Assembly (NCBI GenBank): GCA_008632985.1
Contig: QPGO01000328.1
Location: 1 to 53,784 of the forward strand
From: Psammoneis japonica
Taxonomy: Eukaryota
Reading direction: 5' to 3'
Length of the DNA stretch: 53,784 nt
The notes beneath the pieces are model-generated. The model was given only the letters and a program-made list of their open reading frames with translations, was not told where the DNA came from and did not search any database. How positions within the stretch are numbered: the first letter of the stretch is position 1; each line of letters starts with the position of its first letter. The position numbers and the translations under genes were made by a program. Below, one piece after another: positions 46,571 to 53,784 of the stretch.

Positions 46571-47577
46571 CTACTTTGACGCCTTTTCATCTTTACTACT
46601 CCCGCCACCCTTGGTAAACATGCCTGCATTCCGCTGGATTTCGTCCTGAATTTGCTCTTCGGTTGCATAAGGCGGTCCAAAGAATCCCGGCCGGGCAAAG
46701 GGAATCTGCAGCCCCTTCTGGACACCATCTCGTTTCATGAGCAAGTCTATCCATGCCTTGAGGTTATTCAAGCCGTCCACATTGACCATGGCCCAAAAAT
46801 GAGTGGAAGCTAAAAGAACAACGACAAACGTGTGAGAAGGAAAAAAGAACTCGAGAAAACATCCACACAATTCTATTTTTCACGTACCATATGTAAAAGT
46901 ATTAATATCGGCAATCGTCATTTCCTTTCCCAACAAGAACGGTCCGCCACTTTGCTGCAATTGCTTGTCCAAAACCTCCAATAACCCACGGCTCTGATTG
47001 GTGTAACGCTCAATGGCATACTCGTTCACCTCACCCTTGGTCTTGAGAATCCTGTTGAAAAACATGGCATTCCCCATGGCGGGAGCAAGACCCGTCGCAC
47101 TAAAGAGCATCCACTGGCGGACGGCCCAGTGTTCCTTGGTATGAGTGGTAGCATCCGGCAAGAGATTAGGATTTTTCTTGTGATACTTGGTCGCCAAGTA
47201 CTCTAGTATCGCGGCAGATCGGCCAACATGACGTCCGTGTCGGCATCGTACAGAGCGGGAATTTGTCCTTTTGGATTAATCTTGAGATACTCCGGAGACC
47301 GCTGCTGTCCCTTTTCGAAATCAATCGTAACGTAATTGTATTCAATTCCCAATTCTTCTGCGCAAATGGGGCCCTTGTATCCATTCATGGTGGCGTACAC
47401 AAACAATGTAATTGGACAACGCTTGGAAGCTTCTTTGAAGGTTTCCATCGTGACAAGTTTGGCAAGAGACGACATCTTGGAAGAGCTACTGCGTTGCGAT
47501 GAAAGGCCAAAGGAGACGAGAACGTTGTGAAATAAAAAAACAAGCACGAGGAGCGGTGCCAAACGTGAGCGCAACAT
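46571..47577 (-). CDS. Glutathione S-transferase (YfcG/YghU/Ure2-like); intron 46810-46887; 1-bp frameshift near 47217
   Basis: ATMNGYK, QRSPEYLKINPKGQIPAL, LA[E]SAAILEYLATKY (needs one extra base), LLEVLDKQL and FLLGKEMTIADI. An N-terminal signal peptide is present. Confidence 0.85.
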
Positions 47578-47953
47578 GTTGTGAGAGCAAGGATGGATCG
47601 AAAGATACCTTCCGCATCACTTCGCACTTCGCTCTTCGATGCGGATTCCATCAGCCCCAACTCCACAACGCCCCAACGCGATCGTCCTCGACGTTCGGCG
47701 AAAATCACGTCGAACAGTTTCATGACGTCATCGATGTCATGTGAAATAAGTAAATTCGAAATTTTGATCGTCACGTTCAAAAACTCCTCGATGACGTGTT
47801 CTTCTTTTTCCGGGTTCTGAAGCAGGCGTCAGCATCCATCTGTTCTTCTGATGGAACGAAATGGCGGTGCATGGTTCCCTGTTGACAGTACGTTGCAATA
47901 GCTTCGAAAGGTTACACACGGTCTAGATGAACCGAGAGAATTGTTTGATAACA

Positions 47954-49032
47954 ATGAAGTCGGCTGTATTGATCTCGGGCCTCGCATGTTGCTCTACGGC
48001 CTTTATGATTGGAAGTCAGCCCACACAGTATCCCTCTCATGAGACACGGAGACTTGCTGCATTCTCTTCAGCTGTTAAACGGGCATCTTCTTCACGATCT
48101 TCTTTGGAGCTCCGTGTATCAACGTTAGTGGACGCTCCCAACACGTACACTGACGATCCAAGCCGAGTCAAGAAGAACTCATGCACCTTGTACACACTGA
48201 ACCCGAAGATGACTTGCCGCAAGATGCAAGATTTATTGCCTTGGTATCAACACTAAAAGACATGTATGCAAAAACAGACTTGGACGCAAGATATTCCACA
48301 TGGCCTCTGACGTATGATGGCGAATGGAAGAACGAGCATTCACCCGCTTTTGGTGGTCGGTTGGGCTTCAACTCGGAGGGGTTTCCGATATTCACCTTGG
48401 GAGCTTTGACATTTTACAAGTTTCCATCCGAAATTAATGGCCTTGAATGCAGTGTTCAAAGCATGAAGCAGAGTGCGCAACGTGTCGGTGTTTCGGTCAC
48501 GCAACAAGACGATCAGCAGCTCTTTCATCCTCCTTGTGCACAGTCCATGATACCTCCATCCATGTTGGAGGCTGTAAAGGCCAATCCATCAAGGGTAACT
48601 TCGAGTGTACTGGATACGTACTTTACGACTGACAACAATGTCAAGGGGATTATTCGAATGCAATCCTATGTCTTTCCGCATCCAACGATTCCCAATCGTT
48701 TCGAGACATGGTTCGTCGGCGGAAAGTGCATTCCGCAAGCCAACCAAGACTTGGAACAATGGCACAAGACGTTTTGTAAGAAGATACCCAATGACCAGGC
48801 GAGCAATTGCATGTCTGCAACAGAATCGTTTAAACCAGATGGCATTGTAAACACTCTGAAAAGGTCCATCCAGGTATTGTTTACCGACAAGCAGACGAAC
48901 CACGAATTGTCTTTTACGTTGCCTGCACCAATCATGGCATTTCAAGACGTGGTGTACTTGGATGAGAATTTGCGAATCACGGTCGGAAACAGAAAGACGA
49001 CGATTATATTCTCAAGACAAGATGAAATGTAG
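47954..49032 (+). CDS. Plastid lipid-associated/fibrillin-like protein; 1-bp frameshift near 48170
   Basis: Signal peptide ends STA-F and is followed by a transit-like region. The C-terminus is FQDVVYLDENLRITVGNR, a PAP/fibrillin-type end. Confidence 0.55.
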
Positions 49033-49520
49033 AGAAGCAGTCTGGAATGGACTGTCTTCTGTTCTTTACTTTTTTGTTCTGTCTGAGGTAGAGGAACCTT
49101 CGAAAAGACACAATTAGGATTTCTATTTACTAGTTCTTTCTTTTTCTTGCCAAAGTATGCTGTTTGCTTATCTCTTTGGTACTGTTGTAGCGTAGACGCA
49201 AACTGGGATGTTTACTTATAATGTCTGTATTGTCTTACCGCACTATCGCATTCTGGCTCGTAGCCATCATGGCGGAGACGACGAGTGAAAGCGTCGACAA
49301 ATAAAATGATCTCTTGCGATAGTTGGGATTGACGCTCAGTTGCTCCCTACGGTAGCTAGAACGCGAAACGTAGCTACACAACAAAAAGCATGACAGGAAT
49401 CTTACTGCGCGCTCCATTTGTATTGGACGACAAGGTACAGACACACTGAACGGCTACAGAATGTGAAATGGTGGACGTGCTTGTTGACCATAGTTATTGC
49501 CCTCATAGTGAATAAAATAG

Positions 49521-51772
49521 TTAGTTCGGATATTCTTCATCTTCATCACAAAGCATGCACGATTGAGCGTGCTCAATGAGAGCATACTCAAAGCCATCGA
49601 CCACGGCATTGAGACTGGCCGAAATGACATTACGATCCACACTGACGGTAGTCCAATGGTCGTCGGAGTCCTTGTCTCGAAACTCCACCATGACTCGTGT
49701 GGCCGCTGCCGTGGCATACTCAGGATCGAGAATACGAACCTTGTAGTCCACAAGCTCGACTCCCGCCAGTGAAGGATGCGACGGAACTAGGGCCTTCTTC
49801 AAGGCGGAAACCAAAGCATCGACTGGACCATTCCCATCACTCACCTCCAACCGATTAATGTAGAGAGGTGGCAATTCCCCATCGGGTGATGGCTATGGTA
49901 CGCGAGCAAGCCAAAGAAAATTTTTAGAAAAACGCGCATCGACATCACCGGCAGTGCAATATAGTATTACTCGTGTGTTCATACCTTATCGTCGAAATTG
50001 GGCGTTCGAACCTTGATTGTAGCGCGTGACGTAGCTCCGTTATTGTCTTTGCAATCAGCAGAACGTAGAGTCCGCAAGGCGGGATCCAGATTGGTATCAT
50101 AGACTTGGGCAGAATAGGTCCAACACCTTGAACGGCGGGGCAGTAGCCTTTAGANNNNNNNNNNNNNNNNNNNNNNNNNNNNNNNNNNNNNNNNNNNNNN
50201 NNNNNNNNNNNNNNNNNNNNNNNNNNNNNNNNNNNNNNNNNNNNNNNNNNNNTGGCATGATGACTAGCCTCCTCTCCTTCGTAACCCGCTTCCTTTACTT
50301 TTCCCAGAATGTTTTGTCGTCCCGACAGCTCACTAATGAGCACCCGTTTCTCATTTCCTACTTGTCCCGGATCGACATGCTGATACGACATGGGCGAACG
50401 TTCCAAAGCGGCAACGTGAAGGCCCCCCTTATGAGCAAAGGCAGAAGCGCCGACATAGGGAGCCGCCTGGTTGGGCGTCCGATTCAATATTTCATCGACA
50501 AAGCGGGACAAGGACGTGATTTGATCCAGGTTTCGATTGCAAGACGTTTTGGAGTTCATGTGCAGTGCAAGTGTTGGTACAATGGAGCATAAATCAGCAT
50601 TACCCGTTCGTTCTCCAATCCCATTGATTGTACCCTGAACCAGACCAACGCCAGCACGGATAGCCGTCAAACTATTGGCAACCGCAAGTCCACAATCGTT
50701 ATGCACATGAATACCAATAGTAACTTTTGATCCAAACTGCTCGACAATCCCTTGAGTCGCCTGCTGAATCTGCCACGGCATGGTTCCTCCATTGGTATCA
50801 CAAAGGACCAATCCCGAAGCCCCCGCATCGACAGCCGCCTTGCAACATTTGAGTGTGTACTCGTCGTCTTGTGCAAAGTACCCGTCAAAGAAATGCTCCA
50901 AATCCACATAGACCTGTCTGCCGTTCTGTACCAAATAGCTAACCGACTCGTAAATCATATCGAGATTCTCTTGCGGCGTTGCTCTTAAAATATCAGTAAC
51001 TTGATATAGATTTGCCTTGGCGACAATACATAGAGTCGGTGCTTGCGATTCCAACAAGGCTTGAATCTGTGGATCGTCCTGTGGTGTAACTCCTTTGCGT
51101 CGTGTGGAACCAAAGGCTGCCAGACACTGGCGTTCGTTCTCGGTAAGCTCGGATTTGGCACGCTGAAAAAACTCGGCATCCTTGGGATTGGATCCCGGCC
51201 ATCCAGCCTCTACTAGATCAACACCAAACTGAACCAGCCGACGAGTGATTTTTAACTTGTCATCACACGAAGCAGAGACGGATTCACCCTGCGTGCCGTC
51301 TGAATTGATATTATGAGAAAGAGATAGCATGAATGCTGTGAGTTTGAGTAAATAAGAAAGAGTCAATCGAGTGCAGTACCAGAGATCAACAAGCACAGGA
51401 CGAACACTATATAACCTCCTGCTCGAGTCAATCAGAACTTCACACAAGTATGCAGAACCCTGCAGATCTATCAAGCATACCTCTCAAAGATGTGTCGTAG
51501 ATTAGCACGTGTTCAGGCCCAACGACCGGTCCATTCGTCCCCTTTAATGCCTCTGATAGCTCTCTACTGTCGTCTTCTAGATTCTGTTGAATCCACTCGT
51601 CATTATTGAGTAGAGTTTTTGATTCCGTATCTTTTAATGTCGAGCCGACGCGTTGATTTCTCAGGGTGTAGCTATGAGATGCCGCTCTTGTTGGATTCGG
51701 TATCCAAGCATTACAAGAAGACACCGCAAGCACCAGTAACAGCGCCGCGAGACTTGTTTTATATGACGCCAT
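49521..51772 (-). CDS. cimA: Citramalate synthase (CimA-type, 2-isopropylmalate synthase family), probably plastid-targeted; intron 51300-51480; interrupted by N gap and indels
   Basis: YDTSLR|DGTQGE, EAGWPGSNPKD, EHFFDG, LCDTNGG, GIHVHND, GERTGNA and AFAHKGGLH. The regulatory domain has GNGPVDAL..LVDYKVRIL..TRV. Signal peptide ends CNA-W. Confidence 0.8.
50155..50252. other. Assembly gap
   Basis: Run of N. Confidence 0.99.
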
Positions 51773-52498
51773 GGAGTACGGTGGTGGTATGGAGAGAGTG
51801 AGGGTGATGTTGATGGCTGCTGTTGTTCGCTGCGTACTATGTCGATGCTCTTCTTCTCTGCCGACCGATTTCAGATTGCCGATGCGGATGATTGTGATGG
51901 GTGGTTGATGTGATGGAGAAGCAGATCTTCGTTCCGTCTTGCGCGCGACAGCTGCCGATCGAATTTGCAGCGTTTTGATTGGCTCACAGCATTTTCTGTT
52001 TTATTTAAGGGTGTATGTATGTTTCTATATCCTCTAATTGAAGGGGCTGTATGATCGAGTAACTTCAATGACCAAGCCCTAATAATTATTTTACTTATAT
52101 TAAGCTCTGAAATTTAAAATGTTTCCATCGGTCATTTCAACAGATTATCCGCGTTGCTTGTGTCGTGGTCGCGCTGTTCTTGTGTCTTGTTGACAGCGCC
52201 GAACGCATGATCGTTGTAACAACAAGAACAAAACACAAAAGAGGTACAGGTAGCGACGTTGTGCTCTACGCTTCTCTAAATCCTTTTGCATTCGGTTTGT
52301 TGGGAGCCTTAGTGTTAAAAAAGAAAGAAAAATTATCTGAGAATACGCATAGAAAAGGAGAGGAACGTTGCGGTATTTTCTGTCGGGATTCGTGATTCTT
52401 TTTTTTTTTTCGGAGAAAGCAGGGAAGTAAGTCGTGCACGAGCATTATCATCAAACCTCAAATTCTGACAGCTTTGTGGTTGGCATTAAGCATAAAAT

Positions 52499-53725
52499 AT
52501 GAGCGAAAACAATGTACGACCGGGATCGGGTTACGCTCGAGGGTCAGGAAGCATGCAATACCACCCCAAATCGCCGCCGCGGCAGCAACAACAAGCTCAG
52601 CCGCTGTGGGGACGTCCGGCTCGTGCAAGTTTGGAAGACCTTATAGAACCGTCAGAGAGGATGGAGTTGCATAGTCGCCTTGATATTGGGCCACACGGAA
52701 TAGAAATGGCTCTTCAACGACAAACGAGCAATGGCGATGTTGCGCCTGGTCTCCCCAGAGATAATCGAAACACACCAGATATCGATGGTTTGCGACCATC
52801 CATGCCATCGCGGCCAGCTACTGACAGAAAAAATACTCTTCGTCCTTACGTGGCAACGAGACCTTCAGATCGAGATTACGGGGTTAATTCAAATTCCCGT
52901 CTTTCAAGTGGTACACATACCGAGCACATACGCCAGAGTAGTTTTGATGCAACGAAATCCTCATCATCGGATCGAGATTATGGGGTTATTTCCAATTCTC
53001 CGCATTCAAGTGGTACAAATACCGAGCACATACGCCAGAGCAGTTATGATGCAACGAAATTCTCATCATCGGATCGCGATTACGGCGTTATTTCCAATTC
53101 TCCGCATTCAAGTGGTACAAATACCGAGCACATACGCCAGAGCAGTTATGATGCAACGAAATCTCATCATCGGATCGCGATTACGGCGTAATTCCAATTA
53201 TCCGCATTCAAGTGGTACACATACCGAGCACTTCGCCAGAGTAGTTGATGCAACGAAATCCTCATCATCGGATCGAGATTATGGGGTAATTCCAATTCTC
53301 ACAATTCAAGTGGTCACATACCGAGTACTTACGCCGAGTAGCTATGATGCAACGAGATCCTCATCATCGGATAGAGATTACGGGGTTAATTTCAATTCTC
53401 CCGTTCAAGCGGGACAAATACGAGCGGATGCGCCAACGCAGTCATGATCCCACCACATCCTCATCGAACGAGTTCTTTCGACGTAGCGGCGGTACCGCTC
53501 GTCCTGCAATGCCCGAACAGAGAGGACATATGCGACATTACAGCCACGACGAACAACAACACGGGATGCATCATCGCTTTCCTTCTCGTGGAGCAGGACA
53601 GCTATCAGAAAGCCACCCCGTCCATGGTGGTGCACTACTGGGAACTCACCTGCCTGACGGATGGAGTTGCCCTCCGAATGGTTCACTTCCACTGCTGCTA
53701 CAAGGGCAGAGTGCGTTTGAGCAAG
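52499..53725 (+). CDS. Unknown low-complexity protein with 34-aa (102-bp) tandem repeats; frameshifted, probably continues beyond the window
   Basis: SDRDYGV.SNSPHSSGT.TEHIRQSSYDATKSSS is repeated about five times from 52868. A possible GTAAG donor lies near 53725. Confidence 0.55.
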
Positions 53726-53784
53726 GTAAGGATGAAGCCGCAATGGTAATGGCCAACAAACGATTCCTATTAATTTTATTGACA

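Overview
Eukaryotic DNA, most likely from a raphid pennate diatom: it has short GT-AG introns, bipartite plastid-targeting presequences and diatom-type transposable elements (TEs). The window alternates between two sharply bounded compartments. (1) Ordinary gene islands at about 21.3-23.7, 31.6-40.1 and 46.4-53.8 kb encode a serine palmitoyltransferase small subunit, a SOUL heme-binding protein, a HAD hydrolase, a METTL21-like methyltransferase, a beta-propeller surface protein, a GST, a fibrillin-like protein, a CimA-type citramalate synthase and a repeat protein. (2) TE blocks at about 1-21.3, 23.7-31.5 and 40.1-46.4 kb have lost almost all TpA, apparently by TA->CA/TG changes, so conserved Tyr codons in every TE protein now read His or Cys. 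This looks like a repeat-targeted mutation process running opposite to fungal RIP. The first block contains a complete ~13.9 kb Plavaka-type (CACTA-related) DNA transposon with 25-bp TIRs and a 3-bp ATG target-site duplication, inserted into a 23-bp satellite. It carries a DOT1-like histone methyltransferase and a Zn-finger/2OG-Fe(II) dioxygenase as cargo. Copia, LINE, helicase-associated-domain and Penelope-like remnants are also present. Several host genes show single-base frameshifts and there is one N gap, so assembly errors are likely. All family assignments come from motif recognition by eye; no database searches were run.
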